Below, piece by piece: positions 19,761 to 30,206 of a stretch of 64,000 nucleotides of DNA; the first letter of the stretch is position 1, and every line of letters starts with the position of its first letter. Origin of the DNA: Candidatus Poribacteria bacterium. GTDB taxonomy: Bacteria > Poribacteria > WGA-4E > JAJDTR01. Made by a program: the position numbers and the translations under genes. The notes under the pieces were generated by a model that was not told the origin of the DNA, made no database searches, and saw only the letters and a program-made list of their open reading frames with translations. Location: contig CBDCTK010000002.1 in NCBI GenBank assembly GCA_965222225.1, forward strand, positions 224,001-288,000, given 5' to 3'.

Positions 19761-21971
19761 ATGGATGAAGGAAAGGCTATGCAGTCACAAGAGGGTGACA
19801 ACATTGAAAACGACGTGGACGCCCCACTAGCAGAGTTAAACTCGACAGGTGTTGGGATGTCACAATCTGCGTGGTGGGACGGCTTGAGAGAGTGGATGGC
19901 GGGGAAGCTGTCAAAGTCCGGGATTGCTCCGTTTTCATTTGATTACGATGGCGTGAACTCAAGCGAATTCCTTTCGACTTGGGAGTTCTCCATAAACGAA
20001 ACGTCGTTGGATAAGGGGAGGACTCTACAAACGGTAACCTACACCGACAAGAAAACAGGGCTCGAGGTGCGCTGCGAGGTGACACTTTTCACAGACCATC
20101 CCGCAGTAGAATGGGTTTTGAAATTCAGGAATGCAGGAGAACGCGACACTCCGATTATCGCCAATATTCAGGCGCTGGATACCGTGCTGCATGACGAAGC
20201 GGATAACTTTAAGCTGCATTATACATCGGGACCGAAGGAAGGCATCGCCGCCGGTTCCGCGGATTTTGGTCCGAACGAAAGAGAATTAGCCGCAAATTCT
20301 ACCCTAAAGATGTCATCAATGCACGGAAGGTCTTCATGGGGAGAAAGCCTGCCTTTCTTCAACCTCGAAATGTCTAACCGAGGCGTTATGATTGGCATTG
20401 GCTGGACCGGGCAATGGCTGGCGAGTTTTTCGCGAGACTCACAATCGGTGCGAGTGTGCGCCGGTATGGAGCGAACGCACCTCAAACTTTTCCCCGGAGA
20501 AGAGATTCGTTCCCCACGCATGTTACTTCTATTCTGGCAAGGTCATCGAATCTACGGACAGAACCTGCTTCGTCGAATACTTCTAGCCCATTACTATCCG
20601 CAGAAGGATGGCAAGCCGATGGCGGTGCCGTTGTTGGCAAGCTCGATGGGTATATATGAGGAAGCATTTGGAGCGACCGAACAAAACCAGATCGAATATG
20701 CGTCTGCATTAGCGCCGCTTGGATTTGAATATATCTGGATTGACGTGGGCTGGCAAGTCAAAAGCCCGGGGCTCTCCCACATCGGACCTGCCGACCTCGA
20801 TCGCTTTCCCAACGGACTTCGAGGGGTGACCGACGCGCTGAAGAAAATGAATATGGGTCTACTTGTATGGTTTGCTCCCGAATATCAGGGCGGAAGCACG
20901 TGGATGGAGCGTGAACACCTTGAACTTTTTCTTACCGTCAAAGATAAAGAGGTCACGGGGCTTCCGCCATTCAGAATGCTGGACTATGGAAATCCCAAGG
21001 CGCTTGAGATGATTACCGATTACATTTCGAATCTGATTAAGGAGGAGGGCATCGGCATTTATCGGCAGGATGGACCGATCGGCGCGAATTTGACATACCC
21101 CGATGGTCGCCTATATCCGCACGGGCAACCGCTCCAGTGGTGGAGAGATGCGGACGCACCGGATCGACAAGGAATTGCCGAAATTCGCTATATTGAGGGC
21201 ATGTATTGGTTTTGGGACGAACTTCGCAGGCGAAATCCGGGCTTGATTATTGATATGTGCGGCGGCGGCGCTACGCGTATAGACCTGGAAGCTATGTCGC
21301 GATGTTTTTATCTTTGGCGCTCGGACCACAACCATCCCGGCTTTGAACCGAACGACTACCAATCGCAAACCTATGGTATCAGTCAATGGGTACCATCAAC
21401 CGCGACCGCCAGCGGCTACCCCGACACCTATTCATTTCGCAGCTCAATGAATGCCGGCATCGCGGCCGCGTGGAATCCGTTTCAACCGGAGATGGAGCAG
21501 CGCTGGCCCTTGGCGTTTCCCGTCAATCAGAAGGAACCCTACGAACTAAAAACGGTGCCGCGCAAAACGGTCGACGACGACGAGAAGGTAGGTTATATGG
21601 TCACCGAGCCCTTCCCGTGGGATACCGCCAGCAAGTTAATTGAGGAATACAAGCGTATACGTCACCTGTTCTACGGCGATTTTTATCCTCTCACATCGTA
21701 CAGTCTGACCCACGACACATGGCTGGCGTATCAGCTTCACAAGGAGGACCTGGGTCAAGGGATGGTGCTTGCGTTTCGCCGACCCGAGTGCCCGCGGCAA
21801 ACCACAAACCTGAAATTGTGGGGTCTTGAGATGGACGCAAGCTACGAGGTAAACTTTGAAGATCAGGCTACCAAGGTTGTGCTGAATGGGAGGGAAATGG
21901 CGGAGGGGATAGATTTCACAATAGACTCGCAGCCTGGTTCGCTGCTTATTACGTACTCCAAGGTAGAGTAG
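19761..21971 (+). CDS. Alpha-galactosidase-like glycoside hydrolase (GH36)
   Basis: IGWTGQW, YIWIDVGW, RFPNGL, LVWFAPE, IYRQD, DMCGGGATRID, LWRSD and GDFYPLT motifs typical of GH36. Confidence 0.85.
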   Translation: MDEGKAMQSQEGDNIENDVDAPLAELNSTGVGMSQSAWWDGLREWMAGKLSKSGIAPFSFDYDGVNSSEFLSTWEFSINETSLDKGRTLQTVTYTDKKTGLEVRCEVTLFTDHPAVEWVLKFRNAGERDTPIIANIQALDTVLHDEADNFKLHYTSGPKEGIAAGSADFGPNERELAANSTLKMSSMHGRSSWGESLPFFNLEMSNRGVMIGIGWTGQWLASFSRDSQSVRVCAGMERTHLKLFPGEEIRSPRMLLLFWQGHRIYGQNLLRRILLAHYYPQKDGKPMAVPLLASSMGIYEEAFGATEQNQIEYASALAPLGFEYIWIDVGWQVKSPGLSHIGPADLDRFPNGLRGVTDALKKMNMGLLVWFAPEYQGGSTWMEREHLELFLTVKDKEVTGLPPFRMLDYGNPKALEMITDYISNLIKEEGIGIYRQDGPIGANLTYPDGRLYPHGQPLQWWRDADAPDRQGIAEIRYIEGMYWFWDELRRRNPGLIIDMCGGGATRIDLEAMSRCFYLWRSDHNHPGFEPNDYQSQTYGISQWVPSTATASGYPDTYSFRSSMNAGIAAAWNPFQPEMEQRWPLAFPVNQKEPYELKTVPRKTVDDDEKVGYMVTEPFPWDTASKLIEEYKRIRHLFYGDFYPLTSYSLTHDTWLAYQLHKEDLGQGMVLAFRRPECPRQTTNLKLWGLEMDASYEVNFEDQATKVVLNGREMAEGIDFTIDSQPGSLLITYSKVE

Positions 21972-22250
21972 GCTTATTGATAACTAACCCAAGTTGCTAC
22001 GCATCGGAAGTTGTGGGATTTGCATATTTCGATTGTTGTATTGCGTTTTTGTTTATTGCCCTCTAGCGGGTCGGGCTAGAAGGGATCTCTATCGCACGGG
22101 ATTCACTATCGCCCTCACTATCCGTTCGGTTGATCCTATTCGGTCGCTTGATCCCGACCTACCGGAAGAAGTGGTTAAATCTACTCGCGATTAACGGAAG
22201 AGCGAGCATTTGGTGGCTAATCTGATTCACGAACATACGAGAAGGAGAGA

Positions 22251-23057
22251 ATGATGAAGGCGACAATGTTAAACAGAACAGCTATAGCCTATACGAGTAC
22301 AATTTTGATGGGACTGATGCTGGCAAGTGCCGGCATTGCCGAATTCAGCTCGGACGACGTTGTCGGCACGTGGCTTTTGGACGATGGCAACGGCGCAGCA
22401 GCAACCGACGCATCCGGAAACGGGAACGTCGGGCAACTCGTGGGGAATCCGAAATGGGTGGTCGGAAAGTTCGGCGGCGCCTTGGAATTCGACGGTGATG
22501 ACCGCGTAGACTGCGGCGATATTGACGGCGTTGATGGATTCACGAGCCTTACAGCACTGGCTTGGTGCAGATGGGACGGAGGCGTTGGAGGGCTTACAGC
22601 GCCTGCAAGGGTGGTTAGCAAACAAGATCCGAACAAGGGCGACAAGGGCCCTTTTTCTCTCGGATCGGGTTGGAATGCCCACAAGCTGACATTTTGGATA
22701 AATTTCGGTCAATGGGCTGGCGTACATAGCGTAACCGACATTGACGATGGCGAATGGCATCATGTCGCAGGCAGCTACGATGGTAACGGCCTCAAGGTAT
22801 ACGTTGATGGAGTCGAAGAAGCGGAGAACAATGTCGGTAAGGTCACCGGAGGATCCACTCCCGAACACGTCGCCATCGGATCCGACGGCTTCGGCAGGGA
22901 GTTCTGGAAGGGAATTATCGACGAGGTGGCTCTCTTTAATTCTGCCCTTACCGAGGACGACATCGGAGAAATTATGAACAAGGGACTTTCGCCTTTGTTG
23001 GCAGTGTCTGCAACGGGCAAACTGGCAACAACGTGGGGAAAATTGAAGAGTCAATAG
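22251..23057 (+). CDS. Secreted LamG-like jellyroll domain protein
   Basis: Signal peptide, GKFGGALEFDG, WHHVAGSYDG, GIIDEVALFN, C-terminal LAVSATGKLATTWGKLK. Confidence 0.9.
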   Translation: MMKATMLNRTAIAYTSTILMGLMLASAGIAEFSSDDVVGTWLLDDGNGAAATDASGNGNVGQLVGNPKWVVGKFGGALEFDGDDRVDCGDIDGVDGFTSLTALAWCRWDGGVGGLTAPARVVSKQDPNKGDKGPFSLGSGWNAHKLTFWINFGQWAGVHSVTDIDDGEWHHVAGSYDGNGLKVYVDGVEEAENNVGKVTGGSTPEHVAIGSDGFGREFWKGIIDEVALFNSALTEDDIGEIMNKGLSPLLAVSATGKLATTWGKLKSQ

Positions 23058-23331
23058 CCAATCAGATCTTCCGCAATGCACAAGTCAATTTCAGGATTGT
23101 GTGGCTGTATGCTTGAAATGGAAGTTGATTCGTTTGTGTAGGTAAATTCTATCCTCGCAAGGCCTAATAGCAATTGTGAAGATAAGAGGGGAATCGGGGA
23201 TTTGATAATCATCAATCATCTTCAATTTGACGATTGAAGATCCTTACACCTTGAGAATCAGGTGAAATTGTGCTGATCCACTGGTTTCCCACGACTAGCC
23301 AACTCTCCGCTGCCTCGCCGAAATAAACCGC

Positions 23332-23360
23332 TTGACGAAGTTCAGAAAATAAGATAATCT
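23332..23360 (+). promoter_or_regulatory. Putative sigma70 promoter
   Basis: TTGACG, 17-nt spacer, TAATCT upstream of the 23438 gene. Confidence 0.4.
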
Positions 23361-23437
23361 AAAAACCTTTTGCAACTCCGGCTGATTTCTGCAAAATGAC
23401 AAAGTGCAATCTTCAAACTAGGATATAGCAAGATCTC

Positions 23438-25384
23438 TTGATGGCTTTGAGTTCAATCAAGCGGCCTCAATATCGGTCAACAGATGAATCTATGAGGCAA
23501 ACGCAGATTACGTGGCGGGCAGTGCTCATCGCTCTCGTGTTGATACCGTTCAACTCGTTCTGGATCGTTTACATGGAGACGGTCCACTATATAGCGCACT
23601 CTACCAATTTTAGTCTACTCTTCCATGCCATCTTCAATCTCACCCTTCTGCTGATGCTGAACGCCGTGATGCGGCGTATTTCGCCCAGGCTGGTGCTCGG
23701 GCAGGGCGAGCTGGTTACCATTTATGTGATGCTCTGCATCGCTGGAACACTCGCCGGGCACAGCATGATGCAGATTCTCCCGCCGACGCTCGCTGCTCCC
23801 GTCGGTTTTGCCACCCCCGAAAACGACTGGAAAAACCTCTTCGGTCACCACTTTCCCGATTGGCTCATCGTCACGGACACCAAGGCGTTGAGCGGCTACA
23901 TGGCGACGGCTACCAAACGGCCCACGACGCTGTATATTGAAGCCCATATCCAACCTTGGATTGTGCCGGTGCTCGCATGGACGGCGTTTATTTGTGTCTT
24001 CATGTTCGTCATGCTTTGCATAAACGCCATTATCAGGAAACAGTGGACAGAGCGCGAGCGCCTCACCTATCCACTCACGCATTTGCCGTATGAAATGGCA
24101 AATCCGAAATCGGGCCTCCTCAAAAATAAACTTCTATGGACCAGCTTTACAGTCGTTTGCATCATCGACATTATGAACGGATTGCACACGTTTTACCCGG
24201 TTGTGCCATCGTTCCAGCTTCGCGCCTATAACTTGGGAAAGTTCTTCACAACAAAGCCGTGGGACGCCATCGGTTATATGGCGTTGCTGGTCCGCCCGTT
24301 TCTCCTCGGTCTCATCTTTCTCGTTCCTCTCGACATCTCGTTCTCATGCTGGGTTTTCTTCTTTTTCTGGAAGGCACAGTTGGTTTTGGGTGAAGCGTGG
24401 GGATTCCAGAATCGTCCCGAATTTCCCGAACAGTCCGCCGGCGCTTATATTGCGCTCAGTGTCATCGCTATCTGGACGGGCAGACACCACTTTTCCAGGG
24501 TGATACGCTCAATCTGGGATCGTCGACTCGCCGGAGACAGTGAACGCGAAGCATTGCCGTACAATGTTGCGGTGTATGGCGTGATTGCGGGTTTCCTGTT
24601 CATCGTCGTGTTCTGTTGGCAGGCTGGAATGACATGGTGGGGCGCCGCAATGTTCTTTGCCCTTCTCCTCATGACAAATATTGGGGTCACGCGTATCCGC
24701 GCGGAAGTCGGCTCGCCCGTGCACGACTTGCACTTTGCCGGTCCGGAAATCCTCATGCTGGATGCTTTCGGTACGCGGCGCGTGGGCCCACGGACGTTGT
24801 CGATTATCTCGCTTTTCTGGTTCCTTACCCGGGCACACTACAGCGACGTGATGCCTCACCAACTCGAAGGATTCCGGATTGCGGACCGCTCACGGATGAA
24901 TCAACGCCGCGTTTTCGGCGTGATGCTCATTGCGATTGTCGTTGGCACCGTCATCGCTTTCTGGGCATTGCTTGACGCGGGCTATCGGCACGGCGCCGGC
25001 TGGGGCGGCGAACCGCTGGGTAGATTGAACCGTTGGTTAATCTATCCAATGCACCCGGATATGTACGGAATCGGCTATTTTACCTTGGGATTAGCGTTCG
25101 GTCTTTTTGTGATGTTTATGCGGGTACAGTTCCTATGGTGGCCGCTCCACCCTGCCGGTTACGCCGTATCCAGCACATACGGGATGCGGGATACGTGGTT
25201 CATGTTCTTTACGGCGTGGCTCATAAAATGGATTCTCTTAAAAGCGGGCGGCATGAAAGCACATCGCGCCGCCATCCCGTTTTTTCTCGGCATGGTTTTG
25301 GCGGACTTTATCGTCGGCGGCTGTTGGGCGTTGTTGGGCGTGCTGCTTAACGTACGGACGTATGGATTCACCGCGTGGTGGTGA
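23438..25384 (+). CDS. Multi-pass membrane protein, DUF6785/DUF6784-type putative transporter
   Basis: RKQWTERERLTYPL, TRIRAEVG, WWPLHPAGY and PFFLGMVLADF motifs. True start may be the ATG near 23492. Confidence 0.75.
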   Translation: MMALSSIKRPQYRSTDESMRQTQITWRAVLIALVLIPFNSFWIVYMETVHYIAHSTNFSLLFHAIFNLTLLLMLNAVMRRISPRLVLGQGELVTIYVMLCIAGTLAGHSMMQILPPTLAAPVGFATPENDWKNLFGHHFPDWLIVTDTKALSGYMATATKRPTTLYIEAHIQPWIVPVLAWTAFICVFMFVMLCINAIIRKQWTERERLTYPLTHLPYEMANPKSGLLKNKLLWTSFTVVCIIDIMNGLHTFYPVVPSFQLRAYNLGKFFTTKPWDAIGYMALLVRPFLLGLIFLVPLDISFSCWVFFFFWKAQLVLGEAWGFQNRPEFPEQSAGAYIALSVIAIWTGRHHFSRVIRSIWDRRLAGDSEREALPYNVAVYGVIAGFLFIVVFCWQAGMTWWGAAMFFALLLMTNIGVTRIRAEVGSPVHDLHFAGPEILMLDAFGTRRVGPRTLSIISLFWFLTRAHYSDVMPHQLEGFRIADRSRMNQRRVFGVMLIAIVVGTVIAFWALLDAGYRHGAGWGGEPLGRLNRWLIYPMHPDMYGIGYFTLGLAFGLFVMFMRVQFLWWPLHPAGYAVSSTYGMRDTWFMFFTAWLIKWILLKAGGMKAHRAAIPFFLGMVLADFIVGGCWALLGVLLNVRTYGFTAWW

Positions 25385-25466
25385 CCTTATTCGCCGTCAA
25401 TCCTGTCAGATCTCTAGTCCGTGAATGGCATTCAAACGGCGCCACTCGCTCGCATAAGGACAAACG

Positions 25467-26621
25467 ATGAAAATCACGCGCGTAGAGACGTTTTTAACAA
25501 ACGCCGGTTTGCGCAACTATTTGTTTATTCGTCTCACCACGGACACCGGGTTGAGCGGTATTGGAGAGGCATCCCTAGAGTGGCAGGAGAAAACAGTTCA
25601 CACCCTGGTTGACGAATGGGTGACAGACCGTGTTTTGGGGACAGATCCCTTTGACATTGAAGCCGTCATCGGTGGGATGATTCGCGACCAATATCAGGGT
25701 GGCGCGACTGTGATGACCGCCATCAGTGGCGTGGAGATCGCATTCTGGGATATTATCGGCAAAGCTTGCGGTCAACCTGTCTATAAGTTGCTCGGCGGTC
25801 GTTGCCACGAGCGACTGAAGGCGTATGCCAACGGCTGGTACGGTGGGGCTAGGACTCCTCAGGAGTATGCGGAAGCAGCAAGAAACGCGGTAAGCCGTGG
25901 GTACAAAGCGCTGAAGTTCGATCCGTTTGGCACGGCATGGAAGGAGATGAATCGCGATGAAATGGATGAAACGGAAGCCCTAGTCGCAGCCGTGCGTTCT
26001 GCGGTGGGTGACAAAATCGGGTTGATGATTGAGGTGCATGGGCGTTTATCCGTCGGAAGTGCTATTGAGATGGGGAGACGCTTGGAAAAGTATTGTCCCG
26101 CGTGGTACGAAGAGCCGGTCTCGCCGAATAGTCTCGAGTTACTCACGGAAGTCAAGAAGGCTCTGCCATTCCCGATTGCGGCGGGGGAGCGGCTGTACAC
26201 GTTGGAAGATTTCTATCGCTTCACGGCGATGCGAGCAGCGGACATCGTACAGATGGATCCCGCCCATTGCGGCGGATTACTCCTGACAAAGAAGATTGCC
26301 GCGATGGCTGAAGCACAAGATATCAAAGTTGCGCCTCACTGCTCGATTGGTCCAGTGGCGCTCTGCGCCGCGCTGCATGTGGATTGGTCAACGCCAAATG
26401 CCATGATTCAGGAAAACTTCGGCGACTACGATGTTTCGTGGCGCAATGACTTGGTTTTTGGCTGGAACCCGGTTAAGAATGGCGAATTTGCCCTGCCCGA
26501 AAAGCCTGGTCTTGGTATTGAACTCAATACCGCGCTTTGTGTCGAACACCCGTATAAAAAGAACAGCTTCCCATCCCTTTGGGATAAGCGGTGGCTAAAA
26601 GACTTTACGCAAAATAGATAA
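25467..26621 (+). CDS. Mandelate racemase/muconate lactonizing family acid-sugar dehydratase (DgoD-like)
   Basis: SGVEIAFWDIIGK, YANGWY, ALKFDPFG, IEVHGR, WYEEP, AAGER, VAPH. Confidence 0.9.
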   Translation: MKITRVETFLTNAGLRNYLFIRLTTDTGLSGIGEASLEWQEKTVHTLVDEWVTDRVLGTDPFDIEAVIGGMIRDQYQGGATVMTAISGVEIAFWDIIGKACGQPVYKLLGGRCHERLKAYANGWYGGARTPQEYAEAARNAVSRGYKALKFDPFGTAWKEMNRDEMDETEALVAAVRSAVGDKIGLMIEVHGRLSVGSAIEMGRRLEKYCPAWYEEPVSPNSLELLTEVKKALPFPIAAGERLYTLEDFYRFTAMRAADIVQMDPAHCGGLLLTKKIAAMAEAQDIKVAPHCSIGPVALCAALHVDWSTPNAMIQENFGDYDVSWRNDLVFGWNPVKNGEFALPEKPGLGIELNTALCVEHPYKKNSFPSLWDKRWLKDFTQNR

Positions 26622-26675
26622 ATGCGCCATCTAGTATGCGCCATCTAGTAGATGTGTAATCATGTTTCCCACGTT

Positions 26676-27407
26676 TCAGCAAAGTATGGTTTTGATTGCC
26701 TCAACACACTTCTTGCAGTTCGGCACAGGGTTCTCGACATCACCTTCGTACTCTATGGTCAGGAATTGATCGTAACCGGTGTCGCCAAGCAATTTAATCA
26801 ATGCATCCAGACGTAGATTCCCTTCTCCAATGACCGTATCTTCAGGATGCCCATCTCGCCTGAAGATAAAGTCCTTCAAATGAACACCGTGTAGCCTATC
26901 CCTGTATTTGCCCGCAATTTCCACCGGATCGTAACCGCTATCAAGCATCCAAGCCGTATCAAGGCGCAATCCGATGTCCTCCGATGTGCGCGAAAACACT
27001 CGATCCAGCGCGTCGGGTGAACCGAGGTTATCTTTTCGCCCATGATTGTGAATGGCAATCTTCATGCCAAATTCCGCGCATAGCGGCTCAAGGCAGAGAG
27101 CGGTTTCTATCTCTTTGCCCTTTGGAAAACTGGCAACCAGGCTATTCAGACCTACCGCTTTTGCGAATTCAAACCAAGCGCGATTGTTTGCTTGGTTCGT
27201 ATCAATCGCGTTTACCCCGTGACCACTGACTTCAATGCCGTTTGAACGATACTCATTGATTATTGACGTATAGTCGGTGTCGCGAAGCGGATCCACAAAC
27301 AAGCTTCCCAACTCAATGTAGTCGAGTCCACAGGATTTAGTGGCTTGAATAATCTTGTCAGGTTCGCTCCATGTGCGAAAGCACCAACTCTGTATACTGA
27401 TTTTCAT
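26676..27407 (-). CDS. Sugar phosphate isomerase/epimerase (xylose isomerase-like TIM barrel)
   Basis: IAIHNHG, LDTAW, VHLKD, IEYE motifs. Confidence 0.85.
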   Translation of the reverse strand: MKISIQSWCFRTWSEPDKIIQATKSCGLDYIELGSLFVDPLRDTDYTSIINEYRSNGIEVSGHGVNAIDTNQANNRAWFEFAKAVGLNSLVASFPKGKEIETALCLEPLCAEFGMKIAIHNHGRKDNLGSPDALDRVFSRTSEDIGLRLDTAWMLDSGYDPVEIAGKYRDRLHGVHLKDFIFRRDGHPEDTVIGEGNLRLDALIKLLGDTGYDQFLTIEYEGDVENPVPNCKKCVEAIKTILC

Positions 27408-27989
27408 TTTGAATTCCTTCGTTTCCCGTAGTATCCTATTGTCACGTTTCGATAACTATCACGCATACGCTTCCGGCGCCTCGACGCGGGGACCTACCCG
27501 AATCTCCTCCAACCGTGCACGCACTTCCTCATGCAACCAATTTCCGATGATTGTCCCGATTTATCCACCCACCGTACGCCAGTCTAGACAGTCGTAGAGT
27601 GTGGGGTATTCTACATGCTTCCACCGAGGCGGTCAATGAGAATCAACTATGTGTCCGAGGGAAACACATCCAAATCTCAAGATGATGCAGATCGTATATC
27701 GCACTGTGGTTAAGACCTCGGCCTGTAAATCCGACTTACCGCACAGGCGCATCCTGTTTTTCTGTGAGAACGTACTTTGTGGACAGTTATCTTGTTGGTT
27801 TTGACTGTTGGCTACCCCGCTTACGAGCAGGATGAGTTCGCAATCGTGGACAATTCCACCTTATGGACTATAATGTACAGAGCATGGGAGCGAACCCTCC
27901 TTTTGCGTTGCGTCGATTAGGGGTAGGTGCTATAATCCGAAATACGACATCAGCTACTCGGAGAGTTTTGTCGACTGGAGGACAAAAGG

Positions 27990-29030
27990 ATGCCAATTCC
28001 AACGATTGAATGGGTAGATGGCAGAATACGGCTGATAGATCAAACCTTGCTGCCCAATGAGTTTAAACAGATTTACTGCGATGATTTAGAGACTGTGTGG
28101 GAAGCAATTATATCGCTTCGAGTGCGTGGCGCACCGGCGATTGGAATTGCGGCTGCATTGGGAGCGGTGCTAGGGATTTGGAAGTCGCGAGCGAAAAACT
28201 ACGCAGAATTCGCAGATGAGTTGGCTAAGGCAACCGACTACTTGGCAACATCAAGGCCTACCGCGGTGAATCTGTTCTGGGCGCTCAACCGGATGGCCAA
28301 GACAGCAGAAAAGCACCGGCACGCCGAACTTCCGGAGTTAAAGCAAGTATTGCTGAACGAGGCATTGGCAATCATTGAAGAAGATCGCGCGATGTGTCGT
28401 GCCATTGGAAAACACGGCTTGCAACTCCTGAGTGAAGGCGACACCATTCTAACGCACTGCAATGCAGGGGGATTGGCAACCTCCGATTACGGGACAGCCT
28501 TGGCAGTCATGTTTACGGCGCATGAAGCCGGCAAGAATATAAGTGTCTACGCCGATGAGACTCGCCCGCTGCTCCAAGGGTCGCGTTTGACGGCGTGGGA
28601 GTTGATGGAGGCGGGAATTGATGTAACGCTAATCTGCGACAATATGGCTGCCCAAGTCATGAAGGAGGGAAAAATACAGTGTGCTGTCGTCGGCGCGGAC
28701 AGAATTGCCGCAAACGGTGACGCAGCAAACAAGATTGGTACCTATAACGTCGCCATACTCGCCCAAGCGCACGGATTACCGTTCTATGTCGCCGCGCCGA
28801 CTTCCACGCTGGATCTCTCACTAGACACGGGAGACCAGATTCCCATTGAGCAGCGCCCCCCCGAGGAGGTCACGGAAGGCTTTGGCAAACGAACCGCGCC
28901 AGAGGGCGTCAAGGTTTACAGTCCCGCGTTTGATGTTACACCCGCCCACCTGATTACCGCCATCATTACGGAAAAGGGAATTTCCCGACCACCATTCCGC
29001 ATCAGTTTGGCGGAGCTATTTAACTCTTGA
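27990..29030 (+). CDS. mtnA: S-methyl-5-thioribose-1-phosphate isomerase
   Basis: VRGAPAIG, SRPTAVNL, LTHCNAGGLAT, ETRPLLQGSRLT, VGADRIAANGD. Confidence 0.95.
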   Translation: MPIPTIEWVDGRIRLIDQTLLPNEFKQIYCDDLETVWEAIISLRVRGAPAIGIAAALGAVLGIWKSRAKNYAEFADELAKATDYLATSRPTAVNLFWALNRMAKTAEKHRHAELPELKQVLLNEALAIIEEDRAMCRAIGKHGLQLLSEGDTILTHCNAGGLATSDYGTALAVMFTAHEAGKNISVYADETRPLLQGSRLTAWELMEAGIDVTLICDNMAAQVMKEGKIQCAVVGADRIAANGDAANKIGTYNVAILAQAHGLPFYVAAPTSTLDLSLDTGDQIPIEQRPPEEVTEGFGKRTAPEGVKVYSPAFDVTPAHLITAIITEKGISRPPFRISLAELFNS

Positions 29031-29105
29031 ATCTGTGAGGGGGTGTGGTGCCAGTTTTACGATGCGAGTCAGATGGTGACATACTCAGTTACCTAATCTA
29101 ATCCA

Positions 29106-30149
29106 ATGAAACGAGATCGTCCGATGCGCAGAAAATTAGCAGCGGGGACCATTGTCCGCATGGTGACAACGCTTACAATCTCGACTATGCTCTTGGGATG
29201 TGGAGCTAAGTTTGGGAGCGATGGAACGGTAAATTCACCGCCCGTTATTAAGGATGTCATCGTGCCGGAGCAGGTCGTTGTTGAATTGAAGGTTGACGGG
29301 CATGACGCGGACGGTGACAAGTTGAGCTATATATGGGATGTGGACCAAGGGGAACTTGACTCGAAAACGAAGCGCATTGTGAAATGGAGGCTGCCTTCAG
29401 ATGCTGTATCTGCAACCGTTAAGGTTAGTGCCAACGACGGAGTCCACAACTCAAATTCAGTATCAAGAATAATTACCGTCAATCTGAAAAATGTTGCGCC
29501 GATTATTAAGCGAATTATTGTCCCGGAGAGTGTAATCGCGGGAGGTAGCACTCAACTTCAGGCGGAAGTTATTGATCCTGATGGTGATACGCTTGCTTTC
29601 AATTGGAATGTGGAAGTAGGGGCACTCAGTTCGACAACGTCAGAAACTCCGACATGGACTGCAGCTGTTGAGAGAGTCCTAGTTCCGGTGGAGCTAAGCG
29701 TCAACGATGGCATAAATGAACCAACAGTAAAATCAACAACGATTAGTGTTGTTGGTTCCCCACTCATTGTCGCAGGGGAGCAAGCGGCTGGTATCAGATT
29801 GGGGGACCCATTTGATAAAGTAAAAGCGTTGTACGGAGAACCGGACCTACGCCGTAGCGGCCCCGATTCTTTTTCCTATCGCGCTATGCGAGTTAGCGGA
29901 TTGATTGACGGAATCAATCTAGTCGAAAGTCTGTTTATCAGGAAGCCGAATAAATCCAAAACAGCGGGTGGTGTGTGTGCCGGAAGCGACAGGGAGCAAG
30001 TTGAGAAAGAATTTGGGCCCGCCGAAGAAATTAAAGAGGATGAAGATAGGATAGTACACTGGTATTGGAAAAAAGGGATTTCATTTAATTACGATAACGA
30101 TTCCGTAGTCGAAAGTATTCACGTTTTCAAGCCGTATAGATGGCGGTAA
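29106..30149 (+). CDS. Putative lipoprotein with Ig-like/PKD-type repeats
   Basis: Lipobox LLGC; two D-x-D-G-D-x-L-x-Y/F-x-W repeats; C-terminal AGIRLGD...LYGEP domain. Start uncertain. Confidence 0.65.
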   Translation: MKRDRPMRRKLAAGTIVRMVTTLTISTMLLGCGAKFGSDGTVNSPPVIKDVIVPEQVVVELKVDGHDADGDKLSYIWDVDQGELDSKTKRIVKWRLPSDAVSATVKVSANDGVHNSNSVSRIITVNLKNVAPIIKRIIVPESVIAGGSTQLQAEVIDPDGDTLAFNWNVEVGALSSTTSETPTWTAAVERVLVPVELSVNDGINEPTVKSTTISVVGSPLIVAGEQAAGIRLGDPFDKVKALYGEPDLRRSGPDSFSYRAMRVSGLIDGINLVESLFIRKPNKSKTAGGVCAGSDREQVEKEFGPAEEIKEDEDRIVHWYWKKGISFNYDNDSVVESIHVFKPYRWR

Positions 30150-30206
30150 ACCCGTTGCGGAGGTTCTATTGCACGTAACTGCAAGAATCAATTTCGATTC
30201 GTTAGT

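Noticed and set aside
22269-23081. 270-aa antisense ORF and the many other shadow ORFs in the track
   Set aside because: They overlap well-supported genes on the opposite strand or in another frame and lack motifs.
26622-26649. 14-bp tandem duplication atgcgccatctagt x2
   Set aside because: Only two units with no spacers; not a CRISPR. At most a slippage or excision scar.
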